Source of the DNA: an uncultured virus (IMG/VR IMGVR_UViG_3300037424_001446)
Lineage: Duplodnaviria > Heunggongvirae > Uroviricota > Caudoviricetes
Direction: 5' to 3' (one strand)
DNA length: 64,000 nt
IMG/VR virus record: IMGVR_UViG_3300037424_001446
Part shown: one piece after another, positions 9,597 through 19,684 of the stretch
How the letters are laid out: every line of letters begins with the position of its first letter
How positions within the stretch are numbered: the first letter of the stretch is position 1
Translations under genes and position numbers: made by a program
The notes under the pieces: model-generated
Databases searched by the model: none
Seen by the model: the letters and a program-made list of their open reading frames with translations, nothing else
What the model was told of the DNA's origin: nothing

Positions 9597-9809
9597 ATGG
9601 ATAAGGCGATAAGATTAATACTTGAAAATCAGGGGGTTATATTGGCAACCCTGATTGAACTCAGGGAGAATACCCATATTCGATCCAACGATCCACATGC
9701 AGAACAATTGCACGAACTGCTAGAACGGGCATTGACCAGGCAAGCTATGAAGATCAGGGATTTTATTGGAGAGCCCGAGCCGGGCGAAGTGGATATATCC
9801 AATGGATAA
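9597..9809 (+). CDS. Hypothetical protein
   Basis: AACGGAGG RBS. Confidence 0.65.
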   Translation: MDKAIRLILENQGVILATLIELRENTHIRSNDPHAEQLHELLERALTRQAMKIRDFIGEPEPGEVDISNG

Positions 9810-10104
9810 CTTCGGCCCCTCCCCTCTGGCAGCCTGTTTTGAACTGGCCGGCATCCTGCAATTGGAAGCCGAATGGATTGCCGGCAGGCTGGATATCCCA
9901 CTTGATTTACTGTTGGGAAACGAGCCCCGCCCTCCCTTGCCCAATGAGCATCCTGACCCTGAACCACACAAGATAGAGACAAAAGAGGCTGAATGTATCT
10001 TGTGTGGCTGGACTGGCAGGCTCACGAAATGGATCCCGCTCAAAAAGCATTGGTGCCCCGATTGCCGGGAAACCCGGGGGCTAAGATTGGTGAAACGTGC
10101 CTGA
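9802..10104 (+). CDS. Zn-ribbon protein
   Basis: CILC...CPDC. Confidence 0.6.
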   Translation: MDNFGPSPLAACFELAGILQLEAEWIAGRLDIPLDLLLGNEPRPPLPNEHPDPEPHKIETKEAECILCGWTGRLTKWIPLKKHWCPDCRETRGLRLVKRA

Positions 10105-10312
10105 GCAACTTACCTATGAAATCGGTCGTTATCATGGCCAAAGTTATATAAAATGCCTGAAATGCCGCATGCGATCTTTCAACCAGAACGATATCAGGCA
10201 ATTATATTGCTCCAACTGCAAACTATTTCACATCCCGCCTGGCCTTCCTTCTCGCTATCCACCGCCAGGCTGGAAACCAACGGAGGATAAAGATGGACCT
10301 GCCTTATGCTGA
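10097..10312 (+). CDS. Zn-finger protein
   Basis: CLKC...CSNC..FH. Confidence 0.65.
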   Translation: MPEQLTYEIGRYHGQSYIKCLKCRMRSFNQNDIRQLYCSNCKLFHIPPGLPSRYPPPGWKPTEDKDGPALC

Positions 10313-10724
10313 GGATATGAATTATTGGAAAACGTCCAAATCGGGAGCGGATAGCTGGCTTGAGAAAACCGTCAAATTGATTACCACCCTGGGCGGGCAG
10401 GTTGGATCATACGCCTTTGGCCAGGAACCCGCAACCGGCCGCGGGGCCTATATGATGAATTTCCGGATCGGATCAGACGAATTTCGATTGATCTGGCCGG
10501 TCTTGCCAACTCGCAATGGATCAGATACCCTGCATGCCCGCCGGCAGGCTGCAACCATGCTGTACCACGATACGAAAACCAAATGCCTGAAAGCCGCTAT
10601 CTTCGGGGCGCGCTCCGCGTTCCTTGAATATCTCAAGCTGCCAGGCGGGCCGGGTGTAATCCAGCTCACCAATCAGGAATTGGCTGAGCATCTTCCAAAC
10701 TTGCTCCCCGCGGGAGATTATTGA
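10293..10724 (+). CDS. Hypothetical phage protein
   Basis: AACGGAGG RBS; 143 aa. Confidence 0.7.
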   Translation: MDLPYAEDMNYWKTSKSGADSWLEKTVKLITTLGGQVGSYAFGQEPATGRGAYMMNFRIGSDEFRLIWPVLPTRNGSDTLHARRQAATMLYHDTKTKCLKAAIFGARSAFLEYLKLPGGPGVIQLTNQELAEHLPNLLPAGDY

Positions 10725-10744
10725 TTTGATGAGGATTTTGACCA

Positions 10745-11674
10745 ATGACAAATGAACTCGCTCCGCGCTCAGGGGATATCGAGGCCGTTATCGATATGGT
10801 TGTAAACGGCTTGCTTTCCGAGCATAGCCGGCGCGCCTACGGAAAGGCCCTGGTGGATTTCTTGAGCTGGTGGGAAGATCAGAAGCGCCCTGCATTGACC
10901 AAGGCCATTATCAACCGTTACCGCGCCTTCCTTCAGGATCAGGAGTATTCTCCCGCAACCATCAACCAGCACATGAGCGCGGTTCGCAAGCTGATCGGAG
11001 AAGCTATTGATAATGGCATGTTGGATCCGCATTTGGGCGCCGGCATCCTGAAAGTTAAGGGGGTAAAAACAGCCGGCGTAAGATCCGGGAATTGGCTCAC
11101 TATCAACCAGGTGCGCGAGCTTCTAGATAGCGCGCTGAGCTCACCCGATAATACCAGGCTGAAAAGGCTCCGAGACCGCGCCATTTTGGCCGTGATGATC
11201 GGCTCCGGGATACGCCGCTCTGAAGTGGCTGCCCTGGAAGATCGGCATATCCAGACTCGGGATGGCCGGCCAATAATAACTGACCTGGTTGGCAAGGGAA
11301 ACCGCGTTCGAACGATCCCCATCCCGGAATGGGTAAGGCTGGCCATAGATGATTGGCGCCAGGCAGCCAATATATCAGCCGGCAGGGTATTCCGGCCCAT
11401 CAATAAGGGCGGGAAGCTGAGCGGGAAGATGCTCACCCCTCAGGCAATCTATTATATTATCCGTGATTATTCGCTCGAACTCGGAATAGAAGTGGCGCCC
11501 CATGACCTCCGCCGTACCTTCGCCAAATTGGCCCACCGCGGAGGCGCGGGCATCGATCAGATCCAACTCTCATTGGGCCATGCCAGCATACAAACCACAG
11601 AAAGATATTTGGGGGTCCAACAAGATCTTACAGATGCGCCTTGCGATCATTTAGGGATTGAAGATAACAAATAA
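10745..11674 (+). CDS. Tyrosine recombinase/integrase
   Basis: GIRRSE (R), GKGNR (K), HDLRR, LGHAS, TTERY catalytic Tyr. Confidence 0.95.
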   Translation: MTNELAPRSGDIEAVIDMVVNGLLSEHSRRAYGKALVDFLSWWEDQKRPALTKAIINRYRAFLQDQEYSPATINQHMSAVRKLIGEAIDNGMLDPHLGAGILKVKGVKTAGVRSGNWLTINQVRELLDSALSSPDNTRLKRLRDRAILAVMIGSGIRRSEVAALEDRHIQTRDGRPIITDLVGKGNRVRTIPIPEWVRLAIDDWRQAANISAGRVFRPINKGGKLSGKMLTPQAIYYIIRDYSLELGIEVAPHDLRRTFAKLAHRGGAGIDQIQLSLGHASIQTTERYLGVQQDLTDAPCDHLGIEDNK

Positions 11675-11684
11675 GGGCACATAA

Positions 11685-12161
11685 ATGGGCAAACGCCAAT
11701 CGCGCGAAATGATCACCGATGAATGGATAACCCCCCTGGAAATTCTGAACGCGTTGGGGCCTTTTGATCTTGATCCATGCGCCCCCATAATTCGCCCATG
11801 GGATATGGCCAGCCATCATTATACAATTCTCGACAATGGGTTAATAAAACCATGGTTTGGCAGAATTTGGCTGAATCCTCCCTATGGATCTCAGGCTTAT
11901 GATTGGCTCGAACTATTGGCCGCTCATGGGAACGGCATAGCCTTGATCTTTGCCAGGATCGATACACAAAGGTTTTTTGAAACGGTATGGGAGCGTGCAA
12001 ATGCCCTATTGTTCATCCGCGGGCGCCTATATTTCCATTATCCGGATGGCAAACGCGCCCCCCACAATTCCCCCGCCCCATCTGTTTTGGTCGCCTATGG
12101 CCAGAGCAATGTGATTGCCTTGAGAGAATCCGGAATTGACGGAAAATTGATAATTCTATAG
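11685..12161 (+). CDS. Phage DNA N6-adenine methyltransferase (Dam_phage-like)
   Basis: DEWITP, FDLDPCA, WLNPPY. Confidence 0.9.
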   Translation: MGKRQSREMITDEWITPLEILNALGPFDLDPCAPIIRPWDMASHHYTILDNGLIKPWFGRIWLNPPYGSQAYDWLELLAAHGNGIALIFARIDTQRFFETVWERANALLFIRGRLYFHYPDGKRAPHNSPAPSVLVAYGQSNVIALRESGIDGKLIIL

Positions 12162-12197
12162 TAAAATAAGATTACTCCAATCCGTCCTACCCTGGGC

Positions 12198-12237
12198 GAA
12201 ACGCCGGCTTCCTGCCAAGGATTACAGCCGGCGTTTC
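12198..12237 (+). terminator. Intrinsic terminator-like hairpin
   Basis: GAAACGCCGGCT/AGCCGGCGTTTC 12 bp stem after the methylase gene. Confidence 0.6.
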
Positions 12238-12322
12238 AATTTAATTCAATAATGCCCAACTCCGGATTAGGCATTATTGATAACTATTATCAGTTATATG
12301 ATAAAATTAAATTCAGGCGTAA

Positions 12323-12395
12323 AGGCGGTAACTGTGATAGGCCGTAGCGCGGAATCTATGCCGCGCCAAATGGGAGCACCTCCCACCTACCGCCT
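12323..12395 (+). ncRNA. Candidate structured small RNA
   Basis: Closing stem AGGCGGTA/TACCGCCT enclosing two hairpins; TGaTAAAAT just upstream. Confidence 0.35.
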
Positions 12396-12460
12396 GGGTA
12401 TTTTACTGGTATCCCTCTTGCCCCGCCTAATAGAAGCTGGGTCGCGTCCGGCTTCTATTT

Positions 12461-13588
12461 TTATACGGGGTCAAGATAGCGACCATCCTCATTCTGAACG
12501 CAAACCCATTTTCCTGCCCATGGTCCGGATTTGATCTGTATCCAGGCATCCGGCCCGCCAATATCCTGAACGGTAACCTTTTCTCCAGGATAGATATTGC
12601 CGATATCTTGTCCATACGGGGTTTGCCGGATGTTCAAATATGGATCGGCATCCGCCCTTACCTGCATTTCGAACTCACCCGGGATCGGCTCCGGATCTGG
12701 CGGGGGAGGCGGAGGGGGCGGAGGCGGAGGCTCTACCACATTGCCGGCGATCGCCCGCAACCATTCAGGTTGGTTGGCAGCCGCATCTAATGACCAAAAG
12801 CCACAACTATTTATACCAACGGTTTGACACGCCTCAAGGAATTGAACAAAATCCATGGGGGTTGGCGCCCAGGTCAAGGTTTTGTAGGCTGATCCAATGG
12901 GGATAAACGGAAGCGGATACATATCCTGCCGCACCAGCTCATTGTATTTTTCGATCGATACCAAAAGCTGTTCGCGGGGGTTATGCGATTCTTCCCAATA
13001 CAATTGCTGAGCAATAGCATTGCTGGATTCGTGATTCACGAACTGCTTAAAGGGGAAGAGCGAATGCAGATCCGGCCTGCGATAGCTGGATAAAGCCACT
13101 ACTGCCGAAAGCGGGATCCCGCCCGGGCGGAGCTGGTTCATAAAGGTCGTGGCAGATTGCTTCCGGTATGGATTGGGGGTGCCATCCGCCAGGGTTTTCC
13201 AGTAGCATTTTAATGTGGGCGAACTGTTCTGTTCGGCATCTAAAAATACAAAATCCGGGCGCAGCCCGTTGTTATTCAGCTTTTGATATCGCTCCCCGAG
13301 GTTGGCAGCCTGAGGGCCTGGGGATAGGGTCGGCAATGGATAGATCCATCCCCAAATCCCTAATTGGATTTTGTTTTCTACCAGGTAGCGTATAACATCA
13401 AACAGATAATCATCTTTGCCGGTCCATTCCCCCTGGGCATTAAACTGATTGTATTTGTTCAGCCCATCTGTAACCTTGATACAGACCCAACTGGCCTGGG
13501 CCGCGCCAAGCGTGTCCAGGATATGCTGTTTGCTTTTGAAGTGGAGCAATTTCCACAGATAAAACCCTACGCCGCGCGGGTAATTCAT
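12461..13588 (-). CDS. Probable endolysin (glycoside-hydrolase-like barrel, Pro linker, SH3b-like domain)
   Basis: WVCIKVTDG, GIWGWIY, FLDAE; poly-Pro linker; LNIRQTP...IGNIYPGE...WIQI SH3 pattern; next to a holin. Confidence 0.75.
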   Translation of the reverse strand: MNYPRGVGFYLWKLLHFKSKQHILDTLGAAQASWVCIKVTDGLNKYNQFNAQGEWTGKDDYLFDVIRYLVENKIQLGIWGWIYPLPTLSPGPQAANLGERYQKLNNNGLRPDFVFLDAEQNSSPTLKCYWKTLADGTPNPYRKQSATTFMNQLRPGGIPLSAVVALSSYRRPDLHSLFPFKQFVNHESSNAIAQQLYWEESHNPREQLLVSIEKYNELVRQDMYPLPFIPIGSAYKTLTWAPTPMDFVQFLEACQTVGINSCGFWSLDAAANQPEWLRAIAGNVVEPPPPPPPPPPPDPEPIPGEFEMQVRADADPYLNIRQTPYGQDIGNIYPGEKVTVQDIGGPDAWIQIKSGPWAGKWVCVQNEDGRYLDPV

Positions 13589-14112
13589 TCCCCACCTCCG
13601 GGGCTTCCATCGGCGCATGGCTCAGGGGCCCCCGTTGGTAAGATGCTTGCTTTGGAAAGCATATTGGTTCCAACTCCAAAGGCTGAGAAATGGCTTAGAA
13701 GCGATTGGCCAATATGCGCCAGGATGCCATAATAGACCACTTCAGGGGCTAAGAAGGTTATGCCATCCGGAATGGTTTGTGTTGGCAGCATCGATAGCGC
13801 GGCAACAGCCAACCAGATCAGGATGGGGATAATGTTTTTATCCAAATAATCGTTTAGATGATCCCAGGAAAACCGCTTTTGGCGAACGGCAAGGATTACG
13901 CCAAAGATCAAATCCAAGAGGGTCATAAATATTGCTACATAAAGCTGTATTTCGACTCGCCCCCAAAACGCCGCCAGGATGGCCGAAATATCCAAGGCCG
14001 ATGCCGGCGCCAGATCCGGCCCGGCTGCCATTCCAGGACCCGACAAAAACATAAAAGCAAAAACAAACAAAAACCAGACGATCAACATTTTAATTAGCTT
14101 TGAGCTTTTCAT
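13585..14112 (-). CDS. Holin-like membrane protein
   Basis: Several TM segments; LLDLIFGVILAVRQKRFSW resembles holin-4 family; coupled to the endolysin. Confidence 0.7.
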   Translation of the reverse strand: MKSSKLIKMLIVWFLFVFAFMFLSGPGMAAGPDLAPASALDISAILAAFWGRVEIQLYVAIFMTLLDLIFGVILAVRQKRFSWDHLNDYLDKNIIPILIWLAVAALSMLPTQTIPDGITFLAPEVVYYGILAHIGQSLLSHFSAFGVGTNMLSKASILPTGAPEPCADGSPGGGE

Positions 14113-14123
14113 TTCAATTCTCC

Positions 14124-14714
14124 TTATGGTGGTGGGGGAGGCGTAGAAACGCCAGGCGTTAATTCCCAAAAATGAATGTGGGTTGGAGTAGGCGTTCCAA
14201 AGGATTGAGCCGGAATGCCCGTTGGATTTAGCAAATCAATAATTGGAGAAGGAACTCCTACCCATTGCAAAATACCCTGACGGAAGCCGGATATAAACCA
14301 TAGATTGGCTATTAATAACACCCCAATCAGAATGGCCAATGCCAGTTTGGGATGTTCCTTGACAAAAATTCCAACATCCAAGGCCAGATTATTGAGAACT
14401 CTCTTATCAAATTTTTCCAGATCCGCCCGGATGCTCTGGATTTTATTTGAAAGCTCTTCCATCTGTTTCCTAAGAATTGTAAATTGATCTTGTGTCGATT
14501 GATAATCGTGCGTGTAATCTTTATCCCGATCTTGCCTGGAATCTTTCAAATCTGCCACATCTGTTTTTACCCCCTCAATGGTTTTTTGAGTAGTGTTCAA
14601 CGCTTCTTGATTATCTGCCTGGCTGGCCAGAATAAGGCGCAAGGCAGCATCAACCGGCAATGTGTTACCGGATTCGGCCATCCTCCTCAACTCTTCAAGC
14701 ATCTTGTTTGTCAT
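14124..14714 (-). CDS. Coiled-coil membrane protein of the lysis module
   Basis: Heptad region followed by a TM helix. Confidence 0.6.
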   Translation of the reverse strand: MTNKMLEELRRMAESGNTLPVDAALRLILASQADNQEALNTTQKTIEGVKTDVADLKDSRQDRDKDYTHDYQSTQDQFTILRKQMEELSNKIQSIRADLEKFDKRVLNNLALDVGIFVKEHPKLALAILIGVLLIANLWFISGFRQGILQWVGVPSPIIDLLNPTGIPAQSFGTPTPTHIHFWELTPGVSTPPPPP

Positions 14715-14787
14715 TTCAATTAGCCTCGAAATCAAAACCTGATACCATTATAGCCTATTTGAACTGCTATATTTTTTTGCCCAGGGA

Positions 14788-15204
14788 TCACAAAAGCCAG
14801 ATTACCTGATAATCGCCCGATAATATAACTACCGGTCCACCGGGATCGCTTCCAAAGCGATATTCTACATAGCCTATCAGATCGCCAATCAGGCTATCCT
14901 CAGCCGGCACAATCGGATCTGGCGTGCCAACCCATTCGATATAGCCCAAAACCGCTCCAATCCTAGGGGATCGCCTTGCTTCAGTATAATCGATATATCC
15001 AAAGAGCGTTCCGGTCGTTGGTGATCGCCGCGCTTCTGCATACTCGATATATCCTAGCAAGGTGCCAATATTGCTATCTTCAGCCGGCACAATCGGATCT
15101 GGCGTGCCAACCCATTCGATGTAACCGATAAGCGATCCAACCGTATATTGAAGCTCTTCGGTATAATCGATATATCCTGAAAGAGAGCCGGGATTGACAG
15201 GCAT
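14788..15204 (-). CDS. Repeat protein, probably tail-associated
   Basis: Six GxLxGY[IV][DE][YW] repeats. Confidence 0.7.
   Translation of the reverse strand: MPVNPGSLSGYIDYTEELQYTVGSLIGYIEWVGTPDPIVPAEDSNIGTLLGYIEYAEARRSPTTGTLFGYIDYTEARRSPRIGAVLGYIEWVGTPDPIVPAEDSLIGDLIGYVEYRFGSDPGGPVVILSGDYQVIWLL
14901..15120. repeat. 40 bp direct repeat (14901-14940 and 15081-15120)
   Basis: cagccggcacaatcggatctggcgtgccaacccattcgat occurs twice. Confidence 0.9.
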
Positions 15205-15205
15205 C

Positions 15206-16225
15206 TCAGGACTTAACCTTTACTCCAAGCTGTAAACCAGATAAATCACCCTCTGCCCAGGCGCCAGAATCGGAAGGATCAACGTCCCATGTCTGACATC
15301 TGACCGTATTCGATGTCAGCAGGGATTGGGTCGATCCGGTTGCCTCTGTAGCATTAGCCTTGATTACCCCTGCAATCGTACCTGTTCCACTGACCGATTT
15401 ACCTCCCATAAGCAGATGTACCCCATTGATAACAGCGCCCGCGGGCAAATCCGGAACTTCGGTCGCATACAGATCATATTCATCAACATCCCCTTCCAGC
15501 CCGGAATCTACCATTGGGGAGCGCGCCTGAGCAACGTTAGATCCCAAATCAACCCCCGTTTTCGTAAGCTGAGTCACATCTCCTGCCGCATGCATCCGGA
15601 TGGGCTGCAGTCGAGCTAGGCCAGGATAAGAATTATTGTATGAACCCGCATTATCGTTCAGGCAGAAGTCATCGAACCATAGATAATTGGCACTGTTTGG
15701 AGAGACAAGCTTTATCCCCGAAACTGCTTCTTGACCACCCGTAGTATCCCCCGTGTAGTCTATGACGGTAGGCCCATCGAGCTTTACTACAAACCTACCG
15801 CCAGAATTCAACGGCTTAACCCAACCTTCTAGCACGTACCATGTTTCAGCATTAGGAGCAACGACTGCAGAAGTAGCTAAGACCGAAGTCGATAGCATGA
15901 TGCTTATTGTTCCGCCCGTATTCCATCTAATGGTAAGATTACTGCCAAATTCATTACCGACTGGTCCAGTACCAATAACAATAAATTGAGCGCCTCCTAC
16001 ACCAGCAATTTTCCACATAAACGCAACCGAAAAGAAAATCTCAGTTGTATTTAAATGTCCGAATTCGTATTGGACTGCACCAGCATTGGCGTGTAACTGT
16101 AAAACTCCTGCTCCAGTCCTTGCCAAATGCGTCTGTAGAATGTTGGCTTGCAGAGCTCCTGGAATAGTGGTAAACCAGTTCAGTTCATCGTGATTTTCAA
16201 AACCCAATCTTCCGATTGCACTCAT
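15206..16225 (-). CDS. Tail protein with LamG/concanavalin-like fold
   Basis: GFE start, TWYVLEG...FVVKLDG...WFDDF; position in the tail module; lower GC. Confidence 0.7.
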   Translation of the reverse strand: MSAIGRLGFENHDELNWFTTIPGALQANILQTHLARTGAGVLQLHANAGAVQYEFGHLNTTEIFFSVAFMWKIAGVGGAQFIVIGTGPVGNEFGSNLTIRWNTGGTISIMLSTSVLATSAVVAPNAETWYVLEGWVKPLNSGGRFVVKLDGPTVIDYTGDTTGGQEAVSGIKLVSPNSANYLWFDDFCLNDNAGSYNNSYPGLARLQPIRMHAAGDVTQLTKTGVDLGSNVAQARSPMVDSGLEGDVDEYDLYATEVPDLPAGAVINGVHLLMGGKSVSGTGTIAGVIKANATEATGSTQSLLTSNTVRCQTWDVDPSDSGAWAEGDLSGLQLGVKVKS

Positions 16226-16235
16226 TAGTATTCTC

Positions 16236-18527
16236 CTAGGAAAACACGACCGTAATCGTCAAATCAGATCCGGCAATAGTAGATCCAACCTGATCTATAT
16301 CAAATGTTAATAACTGGCTATCAGACCAACTGTCCACCTCGATTGTAGTCGTATTGCCGGTAGTGTTTCCAGCAGTTATGGCGGGTCGGTTGCTCTGCGT
16401 GGTAAAAATGGTTGTTCCATCCCGATTGACATCTACTACCAGGGATGCTCCGGTTGGGGCTGTTCCAACGTCTAATCTTACTTCCGTAATCGTGCGAGTG
16501 GCCCCGGTCCTGTTTGGGATACGGATTTCAATCGAGCCAACGGTCAGTGGTCCTGGAACCAAAAAACAAAATTGCCTGACTACAGCCGCCGGAGCATTGA
16601 TCGTAACAACTGTGGCATCATTGCCCGCGTCATCCGTAGCCGCAACTCCAGACCCAACAAAATTCAGGTTTGCCCGGGCCGTGAGCGGCGTTCCTTCTTC
16701 CTGGATAGTATGCCCCCCCCCGCCTGCCCCTTCCAGATCATCAACCCGCTCCGCAAGTTGGTCTAAGGCGTTATCCACATCGCCCGGATCGGCATCCCCA
16801 TCCCAATCCGTAAGAACTGCCGGAGTATAGGTAACGATTGATGCATCAACCGCGCCCCCTGCCGGATCTTCCCAGGCCGCTCCGCCCGCTCCGTCCGCGG
16901 TCAAAACCTGCCCATCCGTGGCGGCTGCGCTGGTTAGATTGGCGGCGTCAAATGTATTGCCATCCCCCGCATCTCCGGAATGGTCATGGTCGGCTATCGC
17001 CCCGGTTTCAACGTCATCAACCCGCTCCGCAAGTTGGTCTAAGGCGTTATCCACATCGCCCGGATCGGCATCCCCATCCCAATCCGTAAGAACTGCCGGA
17101 GTATAGGTAACGTCTGCCGCATCGTGAACATGATCCCCTTCTGCCGCCTGGCCGGCTCCTGTTCCCAGGGTATGGTGGATGCCCGCCGCGTCGTCAATAT
17201 CATTGGCATGCTGAGCCTGATACGCCAGGGCATCCCAAGTAGATAGATCGCCCGGCAAAGGAATCCCCATGCCTTCTGCCTGATCCATTTGTACCGAATA
17301 GGTATAGATACCATCCCCCGCGCCTGCTTCTTCGATCACTTCAAAGCCATCAACGTTAGATATGACTATTGTTATGCTGGATGTGGTGCTTAGTGCCCCA
17401 ATGGCGCACGTAAATCTGATGTGATAGGTCTTGACGTGAAAATACCCTCCACCAGGAATAGCCCCAAACAATTCCGTGTCATAATCCCCCGAACAGACGC
17501 CTGCCTCGGCAGGAAACATCCACATCGTCATTGTTAGATCACCATCTCTGATTAAATACGGCTCTTGAAAAACGGTCGTATTACCAGGAGCACAAGTATC
17601 CTCGCCACCAGGAGCAGCCTTGGAGATAGAAGTCCACGACCCTGTATAAGTGGATTTGTTATCTGCGCCAGCAGCGCGCACCCAAAAATCCACCGGTATG
17701 AATACATCAACGGGAAAACCACTATAGATCGTCATTCCAATAGTAAGCAATGTAAACGGGCCATTGGCTGGATTGGAAGGGTCGCCAATATCCCCAGTGG
17801 TAGTACCGGTTACAACTGCAATTTCCATCGCGGTAGTTGATCCGCTGGCTTGACAGTCGTACAAATAAGCTTCTCCGGTAGACCCAAACTCTTTCAGGAC
17901 CGCAAACCCATTTGCTCCGCCTGAACCGGATAGCTTACTACCGGATATTTTAGTTATGCCATCTCCGCTGATTAACAGAGCAACTGCCTTTCCGTCTGTG
18001 GAAGATGCCTGGAAAACGCTATTCATGGCAATTAGATTACCGTCTTCTGCCTGCATGCAATACGTATCCCCAACGTCCGTATTAACAACCGTCACGGGGC
18101 AAGTCTGAACATAGGCCGTTCCAACTGAAGGCCCTACAATAGCCGTAAGGGCTGTGCCATCTGCCCCGGTCCTGACAACTTCAACCAGGACCAAGGCCGA
18201 ATCTGCTGAAAGCGTAAGCTGCCCCGTAAATATGGCTTTGTCAAATCCGATGCTGCCAACCGTGTATCCCCCTGGAATAGTATGGTTATTGGCAATCGTG
18301 CAGGGAGGCATTAGGATTAATCCTCCCGTGCCGTTCGCTCCCGCAAAAGCAACCGCCGCCGTAAATCCGGCTGTGTTTTGATCAAAATTTGCCGGAGTAG
18401 TACCATCATTCGGAATGACCCAAATGCGCAACCAAAGGGAAGCTACTACTGTGGCAGCGTCATCCCCATTGAGAAACTCCGGGCGCAATATTCGGATCAA
18501 TTCATCCGGGCGAACCTGGACAGTCAC
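16236..18527 (-). CDS. Tail fibre / receptor-binding protein
   Basis: Gly/Thr-rich; HTLGTGAGQAAEGDHVH and DGQVLTADGAGGAAW fibre motifs; C-terminal TAPTGA...DIDQVGSTIAGSDLT domain. Confidence 0.8.
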   Translation of the reverse strand: MTVQVRPDELIRILRPEFLNGDDAATVVASLWLRIWVIPNDGTTPANFDQNTAGFTAAVAFAGANGTGGLILMPPCTIANNHTIPGGYTVGSIGFDKAIFTGQLTLSADSALVLVEVVRTGADGTALTAIVGPSVGTAYVQTCPVTVVNTDVGDTYCMQAEDGNLIAMNSVFQASSTDGKAVALLISGDGITKISGSKLSGSGGANGFAVLKEFGSTGEAYLYDCQASGSTTAMEIAVVTGTTTGDIGDPSNPANGPFTLLTIGMTIYSGFPVDVFIPVDFWVRAAGADNKSTYTGSWTSISKAAPGGEDTCAPGNTTVFQEPYLIRDGDLTMTMWMFPAEAGVCSGDYDTELFGAIPGGGYFHVKTYHIRFTCAIGALSTTSSITIVISNVDGFEVIEEAGAGDGIYTYSVQMDQAEGMGIPLPGDLSTWDALAYQAQHANDIDDAAGIHHTLGTGAGQAAEGDHVHDAADVTYTPAVLTDWDGDADPGDVDNALDQLAERVDDVETGAIADHDHSGDAGDGNTFDAANLTSAAATDGQVLTADGAGGAAWEDPAGGAVDASIVTYTPAVLTDWDGDADPGDVDNALDQLAERVDDLEGAGGGGHTIQEEGTPLTARANLNFVGSGVAATDDAGNDATVVTINAPAAVVRQFCFLVPGPLTVGSIEIRIPNRTGATRTITEVRLDVGTAPTGASLVVDVNRDGTTIFTTQSNRPAITAGNTTGNTTTIEVDSWSDSQLLTFDIDQVGSTIAGSDLTITVVFS
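16738..17112. repeat. Exact 99 bp direct repeat (16738-16836 and 17014-17112)
   Basis: Both copies encode VTYTPAVLTDWDGDADPGDVDNALDQLAERVDD. Confidence 0.95.
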
Positions 18528-19684
18528 GAAGAAATACCCCCCATCCCAATTTTTGCCAGCTTTTGGGTTAATCGGTTGGTCCTGGAACCGGCCAAAGATA
18601 GTCCGTAAGGCGCGGTATAAGTGAGCTCTTCAATAAAAATCATCCTGGTATCCAGCCGCGGGTTAGTCGGCTTGAGTTTGGATGCCATAAAATCATTAAC
18701 GAAAATCCATTTCCCGGCTTCTACCTGCCAGGGTTTAACAGGATCGTCATTGGCTAATATAATGTCAGTCCTGGCCAGGCCGCGCTGATACGCGGCATGA
18801 GTATCTTGTAATTGGTAAGAAATTTTTCTGCCGGCTCCAACCATAAAGAGATAGCGATCATCATTCACATCGCCCAGCGCAACCGTTTCCTTGATGATCG
18901 TAATCCCGGTTGGATAGTCGTTTTCGTAAGCCGATACAAGGATCAGATTATCATCGATCCGTGAAAGATCGCTAGAGAAGATCCCGTTTGGCTCAGCCGC
19001 TAAAGCCGCTTTGATTTTATCCGTGGCCGTGGTCGTTCCTGAACTTACGATTTGATTGTAAATAAAGGTCTGAAGCCAATGGCCATAACCCAAAATGGAT
19101 AATCGAATTGCGGCTCCCTCCCGGCCCCCAACATTAATATCTTGAGAAGTATCGGGCTCAGCGTGTTCCGATAAATAGGTATCTCGGATCTGTTCCGCCT
19201 GACTGTCCGTAACCTGGCCGGCTGAAAGGATGCGTTCTATGATGCCATATTTTTCCTGACTGGCAGCATCCTCCGCTATGACGGTAAATGTAGAATCTCC
19301 GACAACGGGCGGATTAACTGTAGTATCTACGGGGGCATATCTTACGCTTACCCTGTTTGCAATATCCAATAATGGGCCGCGGGATATGGATAAATCGCCA
19401 ATATTCAGATCAATCTGATTGACAAATCCGCCAAATATTTCCCCTGCCGACTCGTCAAAGGCTATAATATCCCTTCCCAGGCCATCAACCATCCAATCTT
19501 CTGCCAGGCTGATATCGCCCTTGATATCCACCTGAGCTTTGTCATTGCCAAGCCATGCTGATTTAACATGCTGATATGAACTCAGGGCGGTTGTAATTGT
19601 CTCAATATGAGGCCGGCGAGTAGCGCGATAAACAGGATCCCCCACCTGCAACCCTATTCCAATGGCCTCATAAATATTAGGCAT
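18524..19684 (-). CDS. Minor tail / baseplate hub-like protein
   Basis: EDAASQEKYGIIE hub motif; position. Confidence 0.7.
   Translation of the reverse strand: MPNIYEAIGIGLQVGDPVYRATRRPHIETITTALSSYQHVKSAWLGNDKAQVDIKGDISLAEDWMVDGLGRDIIAFDESAGEIFGGFVNQIDLNIGDLSISRGPLLDIANRVSVRYAPVDTTVNPPVVGDSTFTVIAEDAASQEKYGIIERILSAGQVTDSQAEQIRDTYLSEHAEPDTSQDINVGGREGAAIRLSILGYGHWLQTFIYNQIVSSGTTTATDKIKAALAAEPNGIFSSDLSRIDDNLILVSAYENDYPTGITIIKETVALGDVNDDRYLFMVGAGRKISYQLQDTHAAYQRGLARTDIILANDDPVKPWQVEAGKWIFVNDFMASKLKPTNPRLDTRMIFIEELTYTAPYGLSLAGSRTNRLTQKLAKIGMGGISS

Noticed and set aside
10745..12270. attP site or prophage boundary near the recombinase
   Set aside because: No att core repeat, tRNA fragment or host genes could be identified.
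12277..12534. 85 aa plus-strand ORF
   Set aside because: TTG start without RBS, lying across promoter-like and structured sequence.
12684..12732. GC-rich GGCGGA/GGG tract as a DNA repeat element
   Set aside because: It simply encodes the endolysin poly-proline linker.
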